Shown here: one piece after another, positions 1 through 13,277 of the stretch
How the letters are laid out: the number at the start of each line of letters is the position of its first letter
How positions within the stretch are numbered: the stretch's first letter is position 1
Assembly: GCA_951406725.2 (NCBI GenBank)
Contig: OX597820.1
Location: 49,476,001 to 49,540,000 of the forward strand
From: Octopus vulgaris
Taxonomy: Eukaryota
Reading direction: 5' to 3'
Length of the DNA: 64,000 bases
The notes under the pieces: generated by a model
Databases searched by the model: none
What the model was told of the DNA's origin: nothing
What the model saw: the letters and a program-made list of their open reading frames with translations, nothing else
Program-made: the position numbers and the translations under genes

Positions 1-1230
1 TTTCGTGGGTTCTACAGTAAAATTTGACATCCACATTGAATTAATGTGGGTCTAGTTGCTTTGCGTAAAGATGTCCAATTTACGGTTTATGTCCGATATC
101 TGACAGATTATAGAAAATTAATGAATTATTTATTCTGCAAAGCCTTTTCCGTTTTAATAAATGGAAATTCCTTTTAACAATAAATATAAATAAAACTAGA
201 ATGAACATCTCAGGACACGCAACAACGGTCCCTATTTAAATGTTTGGAGCATGTCGATTTTGCGGAAAGGTAAAGGGAATTAATCCTCGTTTTATTTTAT
301 ATTTTATTTTTCTTAAGGTTGTTGTTTTTTTTTGGGTTTTTTTTGCTGAGAGAAAGCGTAACATTAACATATATACCATTTAAATCAGGTTTAACGTTAA
401 ATCGCAAAATTTATAAAATTTGTAAATTTCTGAGTAACTGATTTTTCAGTAATTTTTGTTCTTCAATTGGATCTGAATATGAACACTCAGTGATCAGATG
501 ATTATCTTGCAGGAGAGTTATGCAGTGAGTCATGTCTCAACGAAATGAAGTAGAAATATTTTATCTGTAAAAAATCATCTTTTAGCTTCCAGATTTTAAG
601 ATTCTAACTAGATTATCTTCCGATATATTTTTTTCTGAATTGATTGTCTTAAATATTTCTCTACAAGGCAATCTTGAAAAAAAATTACTGGTTTCATAGG
701 GGAAATAATGCATTTAAGAAAAAACACATACTGTGGAAACGGAAAATGGATCAAGAAAAAAAAACACATCATCTTTTCTAGCATTCAATTTACTAAAGAA
801 AAGATTACGGATAATAATTTTAATGACGTACAAAATATTATCTTGAACCATCTGGCAAAATTAATAACAAAACTAAATCCCCATATCCTAAAAGAAGTGC
901 TGTAAAATACATTTGGATGCCACTTCCATTTAGTACTGACATTAACGATTTGCATGGGGAAATTGTCAACATTAATAAATTTCCAAAAGTGTTTATTGAA
1001 TGATGTGACAGTTATAATTTCAATAAAAATGTCGAATATCAGAACATTGTGTTTGAATGTAAAGAAGGAAAAACCAATTGTTGGAAATGAAACGACGACG
1101 GTGCTTCTTTCCTTTGCTACAACATATATGCGAATAGGGGATTTCTACCTTACTTAATACAAGAGGGAAGCTAGGAAACAATTTGCAACTGGAATATTCC
1201 TTTAAATGAAGCATATCGAAGATAAAATCT
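1..1230 (+). pseudogene. Degenerate hAT (Charlie/Buster/ZBED5-like) transposase remnant
   Basis: Colinear frameshifted motifs FTVYVRYL (~79-102), LFCK, IR*LSCRRV (=VRWLSxGxV), LDYLxDIF, LNISLQGN and VLLSFATTYM (=LLPFATTYLCE, hAT dimerisation domain). Many stops and indels. Confidence 0.8.
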
Positions 1231-1723
1231 TGACTGGAAGAAGTTTCTAAACTTCTCTGTTATCAGGGTTCTCATTAAATTGCATAAATGAGCATATATT
1301 TTCATGGAAGTAAGTGTAGCATTTTGGAACCTTACCATAAAATGAAGAAATGGCAGGTTTGCACTCAACGTGTATAAGCAGATTTTCTGTTATGAACCCT
1401 ACCACTTTATAATTAATATATCTAAATCTTGGTGTAAAATAATCTTTATAACATATTCTAAACTACCACAGTAGCTTTTCTTTATAAGAAACGATATTTT
1501 ATTGCAATAGGCTATTTCATTACGATAGACCAACTTATAGTTTTACAATACTTGAATAATTATGTTGCGGCTTATCAATAATAGTGATATCTAAAATATA
1601 TGGCTCGAAAAATATATTTAGTAACTTATTATCGTATAATAAGCTATCGTAAAATAAATTGGTTATAGTCAGCTGTAGATCCCTTCTTAAAGAATAAAAT
1701 TAATTTTCAGTAATTGGTAGATG

Positions 1724-1928
1724 TAAAGCAGCAAACTGACAGAATCATTAAGACGCCGGGGAAAATGCTTAGCAGTATTTCGTCCGACTTGACGTTTTTC
1801 CAGCGAGGTCGACTACGCTTTTCATCATTTCAGGGTTAATAAAATAGGTTCCAGTTGATCACTGGAGCCGACGTGATCGACTTACCCTCTCCCTGAAATT
1901 ACTGGCCTTGCCCCAAAATTTGAAATCA
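1724..1928 (+). mobile_element. Diverged SINE family A copy (tRNA head plus Meta-like central domain)
   Basis: Matches the family A pattern gcagaa..ttag..cgccggg..aaatgcttagc..gaggtcgac..ttttcatc seen intact at 14306 and 40657. Confidence 0.75.
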
Positions 1929-2627
1929 CTATGTATTAGAGGCACGGAGAAAATCCATCTTAATCATCCATCCTTTTCTAGGTTTATGATACTAGATTAG
2001 ATTTTCTGCTTAATTTCAAATCATTCCTCACCACATTTACTATTTTATTGAATATACAAAAACAAAAATCTAAAATGAAGAACATGAGTACAATTGATAA
2101 GTGGGGTTGTTTTTATGATTAGAAAATTTTGGCTCGATTTTTCAGTCACCAGTTTAAAATCAAACACCTTTCAACTAGTCTAATTAATCATTTGAATTAT
2201 TCTGAAAAAGTAACTACGATCTAAGCTTTATTTGGGGAATGAGAACTTATAATACTGTTGTTAGATGAATTATTTTTAAATAGTTACTAACACTAATTAC
2301 AAAGTGTTTGGAAACTTTCGGTTTAATAGTGAAGTGTGATTCCTGAGTTATAAGTGTCTCTGGCATATCACCTACGTCCGTTCCAGTGGTAACTCGTTTA
2401 ATGTCGTTTTAAGCGATACGGTTTGATCTTAAAAATCGGTCATAGAAACAGATAAAACTCGATGTTCTGTTTGTAGATCTCGGAGAATGATATTTTATTT
2501 ATTCAACTTTTTTTATATCTCAATTAGCGAAAACTCTGTCGCTTATTATTAACATTTTAAAAAATCTTATCCGTACACTCTTCATTAAAAGAGTTAAATT
2601 TTTTTCAAACTTGATACGTTTCGTCAG

Positions 2628-2721
2628 GAGTAATAAATCAACTTCTAACGGTTGCAATAAATTGTAAAGAGTCTCGTATTTACTGTTTAGTCACCATATT
2701 TATTTTTCGTGGTATTCTCAG
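2628..2721 (+). other. Candidate isolated exon (94 nt)
   Basis: Pyrimidine-rich acceptor tttcgtcag| and donor CAG|gtgagt. One open frame (VINQLLTVAINCKESRIYCLVTIFIFRGIL) with no recognisable homology. Confidence 0.25.
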
Positions 2722-3006
2722 GTGAGTTTATTTTCTTATTCATATTTTTTTTATTTCAAAGTAAATTTTCTACCTAATACATAACCCTTTTGATAAAACT
2801 TTTTCTTTTCTTCCATTTATATTCATCTATTTATTTATTTTGCTATAGACACTTTAAATAAACTTTGTTTGAAGATAGTTATGTTTTTCATAGATATGCG
2901 AATGTATTGGTCTCGTTGTATTGTTTAAATGAGGCATTAAAGAAAGTTCGCTAATTAATAATGCTTAATTTATATATGTATGTATGTATGTCTCTATCTA
3001 TTTATT

Positions 3007-3048
<42 letters not shown>

Positions 3049-3633
3049 TATATGTTCCCATTCGTCGGACATATTCTACATTGATATTCGAATACTATTT
3101 TTTTCTACATTGTTTTGGCATTTATGTACTTACTCTGCGTATGAGGGTGTGTGCGTGTGTGTGTGTGTGTGTGTGTTTACACATACACTCGCACACAACA
3201 AACTTTGTGGCTAGCAATCAACACGTGAAGCACGTAGTAGATTACGACTCAGCCAAATCTTTTAAACACATAAACAAAAATACGCACACACACACACACA
3301 CGCACACACACACATACACACATACACACGTTTCTATGTATGTATTTACGTACGCACGTATATATAGATATGTGTATGTATGCTTGTAGGTAAAATCGAC
3401 AGATGTCCGAAAACTTAGTTTCTGTCAAAGTTTCTAGATTAAAGTTTGATTAACCGTGTCTAAGACACAGACATCGAACCCAAAACACCAAAACTACAAA
3501 ATCAAGTCCTTAACCAGTTTCGTGTTTCCATATTTTCTTCATATTCTATTTTTCTCTCTTTCTATAACTACTCTCATCATTCTTTACCATTCATATTTTT
3601 CATATATATATATATTTTTTTTTTATCATATTA

Positions 3634-3677
<44 letters not shown>

Positions 3678-4244
3678 ACCATCTTTCTCATTTCTCACTC
3701 AGATATGTGTTCCTGCCCATTTTGTACACACATACATATTACTCTTCCAATCAACTCCCACTACCACCAAAACCCCCACCACCACCACCGCCAACACTCT
3801 AGCAATATATTCAGAATAAGCTATTTCGTCCTGTCTAAAACACCAATACATACATATCAGTGCAAACACATACACACAAAAATACGGGTGCGTGCGCACA
3901 TGCATACACACACACGCACGCACTCACACAGCGTATGCATATTTACACTGGCAAATAGGCATTTATACACTCACACACATGCATACGCACACAGGCGCAC
4001 TCGGACACCCCCCTCGCACACACACACACACACACAAGCACAAATACTCTAGTGACAGACATTATGTAAATTTAGCAAGAGTCGAGTGGGTGAGGGATCT
4101 TGTACGAAGTACAAGACCCACAAAACAAATTATAATTTGTATACATAGCTTCATGCATATATGTGTGTGAGTATGAGTGCCTGCGTGAGTATGCAGGCGT
4201 ATGTGTGCCTAAATATATATGTAGAATTACATGTATGCATGTAA

Positions 4245-4245
<1 letters not shown>

Positions 4246-4343
<98 letters not shown>

Positions 4344-4379
4344 TGTATATAAATGTATGTATATATATGTATGTATGTA

Positions 4380-4443
<64 letters not shown>
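4246..4443. repeat. Long (AT)n microsatellite
   Basis: Two near-perfect AT runs separated by a short ATGT-type interruption. Confidence 0.95.
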
Positions 4444-4444
<1 letters not shown>

Positions 4445-5224
4445 GAACATGCTTACATCTATGTACGTGAGTATTAATTTTCCCGCAACTGTCAAGTGTC
4501 GAGACAGACTCAACTATACGACCCAACAGAAGTAGAGTTTATATATATATATTGCAGATATATATTCCTATATCTGTATGCATGTATGTATATTGCATAC
4601 AGTGTACATAGATAATTAAGTTTACAACAAGTCGCGAAGATAAATGTGATGCAGGCTTACATAATTTATATTCTGAAATTCACTGTTTTCTCAGGCACAT
4701 ACATTACATATATACACACACGTCTGCATACACAGAAGCGTGCGCACACGCATACACACACACACACACACATTGTCTTTCTGAAACAGAAAGGCAAACG
4801 TCTGAGGTGTGTGTGTGGTTGTGGGCGTGTTTGTGTGTCTGTGCGTGTTTGTGTGCCGTTATGTCACGCGGTCTGAAACCTTTGGAGTAAAGATATATGT
4901 AAAACATATAAGTTGTTTGATATGTAAAAGGAAAAATAAACTAGGTTGAGTAGTGTGGATTCCATTGTTGGTGCCAGAAATGACTGTTGCGTGTGTGCAA
5001 GTATAAGAAAATAACAGCATAGGAATAAAAGGCATTACTTGTCTACAGATAATGAAAACAAACAGAGCTGGAGTAAAAGAAGAAAAAAAAAATGAAATTG
5101 TTACGATTGCGGGAAATTAATCGATGAGATTTGTTACTGAAAATAGATGGGTAAATTTGCCTGAAGGGAAAGCACAATATTGGTTTTAAATTTTGGCACA
5201 AGTTTATAAGTTTTAAGGAAAGTG

Positions 5225-5402
5225 TTAGTCGATGACGTCGACCCCAGTTTTTAACTGGTACTTTTTTTTTTTTCGACCTCGAAAAGATGGAAGGCAATAT
5301 CGATATCGGTAGAATTTGAATTCCGAAAGTAATGAGTCGGAAGGAATATCGCTAGACAATATGTCTGACGGGCAATCTATTCAGACAGCTCGCTGCAGCC
5401 TT
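5225..5402 (-). mobile_element. Diverged SINE family A copy
   Basis: Reverse-complement motifs tcgaccccagt..actggtactt..ga(t)ggaaggcaa..agaatttgaa..cagctcgc. Confidence 0.7.
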
Positions 5403-6740
5403 GGGAAATGGAATATTAAAAGAGGTGAAGAGGTTAAATACGTAGAGCGATGCTATCTATGTCCAAACTTAATTTCTGTTGGCTTTTAATGTAACCTACA
5501 CTATATCGGCTATACAAAACCAAAAATCAATGTTGAAGCAGATATTCAAGTTAAATTAGAATAAACTAGATGAAAGCATCACAAGGAATATCTGATGGGT
5601 AAAATTCTAAAAGTAATTGTGAAGAAATACGTGATCATTTAACATACAACTTTTTCCTTAAATATATAAATGTCCCTGTAAAAAATCGCTGTAGTTCGTT
5701 CATCCTTTGACAGGTTTTGTTTTACGTCTTTCAGGAAGTCCAACAAATCAACCTTCGTTATTCATCATGGCATGTCAGGTGACTACTTAGTGCTACTGGT
5801 AACATGTTGCTCAAATTAACCCACTACATGATCGAGCCGTCGGCGACTAAAATATAAACTCTATCCCGTTTGTTTGGTAAGGATGGTGGTTCTTGTTGTG
5901 TACTCTGCGGCACAAATTAAACAATAAGGGATATAAGTCTTCAGAAAGACTGAAAAGCCACATTTGTGCTGCTCATGTTCAAGTGAACAATCATTACTCG
6001 AAATCGAGTTGCAGCCACCTTGTATATACGAGTGTATATATGGAGGTATTGTTTTTATTTGAGCCTCACATTAAGAACTCTTATAATCAAAGAAGATTTA
6101 GAACTGTCTATCTAGTCTGTTTCTATATCAGGGTTTATATTGTCCAATCTGATATTTATTTAAGTCGATGTGTTCTAGTTTACTTCTTTTCTCTAGTCGG
6201 TCTACAAACCACATAGACATAGAAACTGTAAATGACATAGATTCTATAAAGAATTACAGACTCCGATTGAAAATATGCTCCTGATTATATAGCAATTGTA
6301 TGTTTTATCGCTCTCATCTGCTAGGGGTCATCTTCAACACATGACTGAAATACGTTCCACAACTAAGTATATATTGTAATCGCAACCAGAATTCAGAAAC
6401 TTCACAAACTGGAGCAAATTTACTCGTTAAGAGATAGATTTCACCCACTAAGTTAAATCTACTTATTCGGATTTTTATTTTTTCAGAAAATTGAGAAAAT
6501 TTGAATTTGGGTAATTTTATGAGAAAATAATTTCTGATTATTCACCTATAAATTTAAAGATATCTATAGTGTACTTTTCAATTACTGTGTTAAAAATGGA
6601 ATTATCTAATTCAGAAGAGTGTGTTTGGATCTGGAATCTGTTCATCATTTCTTCATAAATGAGTGAAATAATGTTGTTATGAGTTATTTGTTTTGTTTTG
6701 TATTTTCTTGTTTTTGCACTTATATATAAATGTTGCTTAC

Positions 6741-6930
6741 AAAGGCGCAATGCCTAAAATCTCGATGGGAGTTGACCGACTGTTGGTATTGACCACAGCA
6801 CTTGACAAGTAGCTTATCAACCTCAGAGGAGTAGATACCGAAGATGACATCGACAAGATTTGAACCAAGAGCATAAAGAAGCGGGAAAAATACCGACAAC
6901 ACTCTAAAGACTCTGCCACTCCAGTACCCT
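6741..6930 (-). other. Candidate isolated exon on the minus strand
   Basis: Non-repetitive stretch of higher complexity with two open frames, ending at TTT|gtaagc. The acceptor (aag) is weak and the protein is not recognisable. Confidence 0.2.
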
Positions 6931-7354
6931 TTCTTTAAACTTAAAATAATTAGGTTACACAACAGTAATCTTAAATTTCCTCATTGCCAGTTGCTTTATT
7001 TTAGTAAAAGTTTAAACCCTTATTACTGAGTGGTTGTGGTTTACAGTGAGCATAAATTTAAAGCCACAATCATGCCTGGAGATAAATGGATCGAAATTTG
7101 TCGGGAACGGGGTATTGTAGACATTTTCGCTGCTGTTGTTATCTTTGTTACTTTCCCTTAAGTCTGTATTCTCTATTATCACTAATTGATTAGAACTCAA
7201 ATCAAAGGTGTTCCAGCCGTGACCATTACGTTTCTTTCTTGTAAGAGAGGTGGTTATAATACGAGACAAATTTCACTACTATCACAAGTAGGTTGGGCAC
7301 GCTGGTAAAGACAACCTCATTAGTATACGCTGTTTACCTCATGTAGTATACGCT

Positions 7355-7960
7355 GTGGTGGTGCTAGAGGTGGTGATGAGTGATGGTCTTGGAGGCGGCA
7401 GAGGTGGTGGTGGTGGTGGAGATGGTGATAGTTTTGATATTGCTATTGCTGTAGTAGCTGTTGATGGTGATGATGACAGCAGTGGTGTAACGGTAAACAT
7501 GGTGGTTGTATTGGAATTGGTGGTAGTTCTGTTGATGGTGTTGATAGAAATTGTAGTAGATGTTGATGCTAGTGGTAGTGGTGGTGGTGGTGGTGGTGGT
7601 GGTGGTGGTGGTGGTGGTGGTGGTGGTGGTAGGAGTGGAGGTGGCAATGGAGGCAGTTGCAGTGGCAGTGGGGGCGACGGCGGTGGTGGCGGTTTAAGCT
7701 TTATCTTCGTATAGGAGGTAGTGATGGCGTATATGCAAGTGGTAATGGTGCAGGTTTCGATGTAAATGATGCTGGTGTTGATGCTCTTGGTGGCATTGGA
7801 AATGGTACTAATGGCCTAGGTGATGTGGACGTTCGTGGTAGCTATGGCGATGGTGTGGAGGAGTTGGAATAGTGGTCGTGGTATTTGTGATGATGGCCAT
7901 AGTGGTGTTGGTGGTGGTGGTGGTGGTGGTGGTGGTGGTGGTAGCGGTGGTGGTTGTGAT
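7355..7960. repeat. (GGT)n/(GAT)n low-complexity trinucleotide region
   Basis: Pure GGT runs at ~7578-7630 and ~7908-7941 within degenerate GNT triplets. Confidence 0.9.
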
Positions 7961-8065
7961 TTGTATCACATTTCCCTATACAATTAATCATCGTGGCTAT
8001 TATTGTAACTATTTTAATATTAATTATTCTGTCCACGACCAAACAGTTAACCACACATACATGCG

Positions 8066-8096
<31 letters not shown>

Positions 8097-9232
8097 GCAC
8101 ACACACACACACAAAGTTTCTCTCACATACACATACACGCATGCACACGGAAAAGTTAAGAAATACATACGTACATACATATATACATAAATTTACGTAT
8201 GTATATATATATATGAGTGTGTGTGTGTGTGTGCGCGTGTGTGTGTGTATGTGTGTGTGCATATATATATATATATGTATATATATACGTAAGTATATTT
8301 ATATTTATGAATATATATATATACATGTAAATATAAACATATATATATACATACCGATATATATACATACCTATATGTATATGTATACATATACATACCT
8401 ATGTATGCATGTATGTATATATACATTCACCCACACACTGTGGTATTACATTGACATGTACACGTTAAAATTGAATGCACTATAGAACAGGTAGATTAGA
8501 ATATCTTAAAGACTTGCGCGCCAGCAGGGGTGGCTGTAATTTAGGGGTCAGATTTAAAAAGGACCCAGGGGTTAGTTGACATGTAATGACACTGAAAATA
8601 ATAGGTGAAAACTTTATTGCCCCGGTCTTTTAACAAACCAGTTGCCTTCAGACTTGTTCCTATTTTATGATTCTATACGCACATATAACACACACACACA
8701 CACACAGATAGACACACATGTAGACGCACACGCACACATTTATATGTATAATATTTATGTGACTGTGTATATATGCTTGTATGTATGTCTATGTGTATGT
8801 GTGAGTGTTTGTGGAGTGTGTGTTTATTCCTCACTTCTAACAAACAAGAGAAAAAGTATTTAAAACAGAGAGTAGAGGATAGTTAAATTAAATCAATTCG
8901 GCTGAAGTTGTATGGTTTTACTTAAGTTTCTGCTTCCAAGTTGCTTAATACAGCAGCGTAAGTTATTATAAGGCAATGTTCCCTTGGACGAAGGAGCATT
9001 TTATTACAACACAACATGATGCTGTCTCAAGGCGCAGTGGAACCCAAACCTTAAGTAACACCATACAGCTTCAGTCGGTGGAGGGGGGGAGACGGACAGC
9101 CGGATAGTTAGCTAGATAGATAGATTTGATGAAAAGGGGATTCATGAAAGATCTGTACATGCCAAAGTGAAAGACAACAGAATTAATGGGTGGAGAGAAT
9201 TACTCAAGTCAGACAGTTCCATTTCCTAACAT

Positions 9233-9435
9233 AGAATACATCGATTAAGTGACATACTCTATTGTTTGGCAATCTTAAACTTCAATAGTATTCAGAGATT
9301 AATAGAACCATGAGTGTGGTACAGAATGCATCGATTAAGTTACGTACAATCTGAAACGACAATAGTATTCAAAAATTTGACAATCTGAAACTTTAATATT
9401 ATTCAAAACTTCACAGAACCTTAAGTGTGGTACTG
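9233..9435. repeat. Degenerate local tandem duplication
   Basis: agaatRcatcgattaagt twice, caatctNaaac..aataNtattca three times, agaacc..agtgtggtac twice. Confidence 0.7.
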
Positions 9436-9482
9436 TTACAATCGTTTCATTAAGGATCTTTATTGTGATATAAACAAGGTAT

Positions 9483-9747
9483 ACTCAGGGGCGCCGTATG
9501 CACAGCCTCGATGGGAATAGGTAATACGTTATGCGGTTCTCAGTTCCTCAGGCTGACCAAATATACAAGCGAGGTTGCTACATACTTCACTGTATGATGT
9601 TTACATGCGAGCAGTGAGATGTTGACATGCAATACATCATATCCAGCATGTCAATGCTCACTTGTATATTTGGCAAGCCAGAAGAGCTGAGGCGTGTGTA
9701 ACGTATTACATATTATTATGAATATTGTGCATACCACCTACCTGAGT
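9483..9747. repeat. Long imperfect inverted repeat (91-bp ungapped arms, structured 83-nt loop)
   Basis: 9483-9573 aligns without gaps to the reverse complement of 9657-9747 (blocks actcagg, gtatgcaca, gtaatacgtta, ctcag, ccaaatatacaag). Confidence 0.85.
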
Positions 9748-9814
9748 GTGTCATATTTACGTCACAATAAAGACTTTTAATGAAACGATTGTAGTAGTAC
9801 CAGATAACCCACTA

Positions 9815-9827
9815 GTGTGTGTGTGTG

Positions 9828-9921
<94 letters not shown>

Positions 9922-9950
9922 TGTGTGTGTGTATGTGTTTCTGTGTGTGT
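9815..9950. repeat. (GT)n microsatellite
   Basis: Direct inspection. Confidence 0.95.
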
Positions 9951-10069
9951 AATGATGGATAGCAATGAAGGGTTTTTCAAGAGCACTAATAATAACTACA
10001 GAAACAATAAAGGAAATATTAGAAATAGAAGAAAGAGTCGTTGCGACTGCTTAGTAAACTGTCGTAAGG

Positions 10070-10429
10070 AATTGTAGTTGTAAGGAAAAGAATGCATTTC
10101 CGCTGGGAAATGAAAGCCTTCCTAAGAACGTAATATAGAAACGTATAGTTGGGGTGCCAGCAGGTGCATTTGTATATACATGTGTGACAACTGATTGCTT
10201 CAAACGTCGATATCGGGAGCACACTGCTCTGGAAACTAAAGGAAAGAAAGTTGCAATACAACATGAATTTCAGGACAATATGTGCTTAAGATTTTGCAAT
10301 CTTTGTCCTCAGGAAGAGCTATGCAGTTTAATGTGTACAGATATACTTGTGAATAGGTACTCCGAAACAGTTAATATAAGCAACCACAAGCTAAAAGGCT
10401 CATTGTCACTCTTTTGTAAAAATCATTAA
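10070..10429 (+). pseudogene. Penelope-like element GIY-YIG endonuclease remnant
   Basis: In-frame NCSCKEKNAFPLGNESLPKNVI*KRIV..FVYTCVTTDCFKRRYREH..FCNLCPQEELC..LVNRYSE..NHKLK. This follows the PLE pattern CxC..CPL..C...VVY..YIGxT..FKxRY..H..CNLCxxEK..LNKRSE..CRH, with one stop and an internal deletion. Confidence 0.75.
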
Positions 10430-10440
10430 TAGTTGAAACT

Positions 10441-10465
10441 CTGATGATTCAATTTGCATGAATTC
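10441..10465 (+). ncRNA. Degenerate hammerhead ribozyme core downstream of the PLE ORF
   Basis: CTGATGA-ttcaatttgcat-GAAttc starts 11 nt after the GIY-YIG stop, where PLE pLTR hammerheads occur. Stem II and the GAAA box are mutated. Confidence 0.4.
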
Positions 10466-10760
10466 TTCTTTATCATTTTATAAGTATTGATCTCATGTTT
10501 TTAAAAATAATTAAATGTAAGAAGATCATATGCGTTTGTGTATATATATGTATATATCAAACCACATACACTACCTTGCATATGACTTCGATATAGCCTA
10601 AGAATATTTGTTAGTGTATATTTTTGCCCATATATAAATAGATATTTTTGAGTATGTTCTATTTTACTCATGTTTGTATATAATATTTTATTCTATTAAA
10701 CGTTATCTTGTTATCTACTCCTGCCTTTTTCTTTTTACACAAGCAAAATATATGTAAGTA

Positions 10761-10793
<33 letters not shown>

Positions 10794-11560
10794 AATAGTT
10801 ATATGCATTTATATTCTTATTGTTCATCTTTCTTTTATTTCTATCTTTAGAAATAGCATGTTCCTAAAACGTGCATGCTGGTATATAAAAACAGGTATAT
10901 GTATATATATATTTTACATCATCATTGCATTTCTTTCCTAGTTCTATAATAGTAACAATGTATATAAGAAATATATTTATGTTTATGGTATACATGGATA
11001 CATATGTGACTGTTTTTATATATACATACATGTGTGGATATATAAATATATACTCACTACACAGTATGTGGGTTATACTTTCAACCCAACATATATCAAT
11101 ACTGATATATGCAGTAAGCCTAGGAAGAATATTAGTACGAAGTATACACACACACATATATATATAGGTATGTGTGTAAACGTGAATGTTCGTGTATGTG
11201 TGTGTGTGTATGTGTGTGTATAAAACAATATACACTATCTTGTAGGCAGTTATATGGAAGAATGCTTATACAGGGTGGGTAAGAATATCTACTAATTTAT
11301 TTTTGAACTAGATGGTAATAAATTAATTCTAATAGAGGTTAACTCAACTCTAGGATGGATACAGTTGCTTTGTCATGAAAGACAATGGTTAAGTTAGGTA
11401 CTTCACAGATATAAAGAAACAGCTGATGAGTACTAAAAGGGTCAGTCTTCACCATTTTATCACTCTGTTAGTTTCGAATCCTTATTTGTATCTTTGATTT
11501 TATTCTTCATTTTGTTTAGAAATTTATTTTATTATCATCTAACAACGAAGACAGAAATGT

Positions 11561-11863
11561 TGTTTGTTCCATCTCGACCCATGCTTGGCTCATTAGGGCC
11601 GGTTTCCCGGTTTCCTTGGCGTATAGGTTTCCCACCTGGACGGGACGCCGGTCCGTCGCAGGTGAGCTGCAAGATGCAGGAGGAAAGAGTGAGAGTAAGT
11701 TGTGGCGAAAGAATCAGCAGAAGTTCGCCATTACCTTCTGCCGGAGCCGCGTGGAGCTTAGGTGTTTCGCTCATAAACACACACATCGCCCGGTCTAAGA
11801 TTCGAACCCGCGATTCCTCGACCGCGAGTCCGCTGCTTTAACCACTAAGCTATGAGTCTCCAC
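11561..11863 (-). mobile_element. SINE family C2: tRNA-derived head shared with C1, V-domain-like 3' part
   Basis: Minus strand has A box (tagcttagtggtt), B box (ggttcgaatc) and cctgcgacggaccggcgtcccgtccagg. TSD aagacaKaaatgt at 11548-11560 and 11864-11876. Confidence 0.85.
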
Positions 11864-12571
11864 AAGACATAAATGTAATACCACTTCATAGATATTGACT
11901 TCAAAATCTCTTAGATAGAAAAACTCGAAGGCTGTCCAATGGTAGAATTTCTAACACGTTTTCAGGTGTGGGTTCGTATCCTGCAGTTAGCCCTTGATAT
12001 TTTTCTATCCACATATTTTTGTTAATCCACTTACGTACTATAGTTTATGACTTTATCTATTCGGGTTCAAGTGTTAAAAACGAGATATTTCACGTATTCT
12101 CGAGGTTTCTAGATTCTTATAACGTTAAAACTATGTTATCGTGCTCGTGTTTGTTATTTATGGCATAGCAGAATCACGACTGTATTATACTGCTAAGGTA
12201 TATTAAACACATTTCAGGTAAAATATATTACTATGTAGAAGTCAGAAATGTAGATTCAATGTCGACACGGTAAGCAAAGTAACTCGATAAATCTAATACT
12301 ATAACATTGCTTGAATAATTCATACCGTCCTGCATACAAAAATTATAAAAAACGAAAATAAATTGCTTTTTTTTTTAAATTTGAATTATAAAGGCCGTGG
12401 GTGTATGCGCAGAGATTGAGAAAAAAAAAAGATATAAAAAGATAGAATGTGTATGTGTGGTTGGGTGTGTGTGTGTGTTTGTGTGTGTTAGCAAATCTCA
12501 TATTAGCAGACATGCATATACTTATATATAGATACACACATACATAGGAACATATATTCCGTATATGTATG

Positions 12572-12574
<3 letters not shown>

Positions 12575-12664
<90 letters not shown>
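12575..12664. repeat. (AT)n microsatellite
   Basis: Direct inspection. Confidence 0.95.
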
Positions 12665-12669
<5 letters not shown>

Positions 12670-13277
12670 TCTACAAGCGTGTATATGTGCGTGTAGAAGT
12701 ATACATATAAATACAATATGCATACATATATATATTTGAATGTGTGCTTGGTGTGTGTATATATAGATACAGAAATAAAAAGAAAAGGAAAGAGATGGAG
12801 AAAGAGAAGTAGAGGGAGAGAGAGAGTGAATCAGTTGGAAGTCATTAACTATTTTGCTTTGAAGCAAGACTAGTTTATCAAATCTCGCTATCGGGTGCCA
12901 AATAAATCTAGTGTGACATTTCCGTCTCAGTAGCTACCCGGGTATCATACATACTGGTTATAAATTTAAAAGTGTATAATTAATATGTTAATTAGATGTC
13001 TCTATTTTGAAAGCAAGTGTTTGCTTCTCTTACCTGTCAAAAAAATGTACCATAGTTCCGCTTTCATAATACACTGTAGCTACATAATACACTTTTCTTA
13101 CCGTAGGGATTTCAAGGCCCACCACCAACATTTTTTAACCTACGGAAAAACTTTCCTCGCCGAAGCGAAATAAATGGTTTCAAGCGCGGAATTTGTTTTT
13201 AGCGATATGTTGTACAAAAATCTTCCGTTACAACCAGTTTCTTTAACTTAGAGTATGTGAAATTGAGCCGTCTTCTA

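Noticed and set aside
5735-5778. PSLFIMACQ resembling the caspase active-site motif
   Set aside because: Spacing and the QAC residues do not match, and no other caspase exons are seen.
7339-7872. Gly-rich and Pro-rich ORFs resembling structural proteins
   Set aside because: They are explained by degenerate (GGT)n/(GAT)n repeats, with no splice or start context.
9233-9435. CRISPR-like repeat array
   Set aside because: Irregular degenerate duplication without constant repeats or unique spacers, in eukaryotic context with no cas genes.
11425-11450. CTGATGA hits here and at ~45888, ~50855 and ~58729 (minus) as hammerheads
   Set aside because: None has a stem II followed by GAAA and closing stems.
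11929-11993. tRNA gene candidate with A- and B-box-like motifs
   Set aside because: A cloverleaf cannot be completed, so it is probably a decayed SINE head. The same applies to the SINE heads elsewhere.
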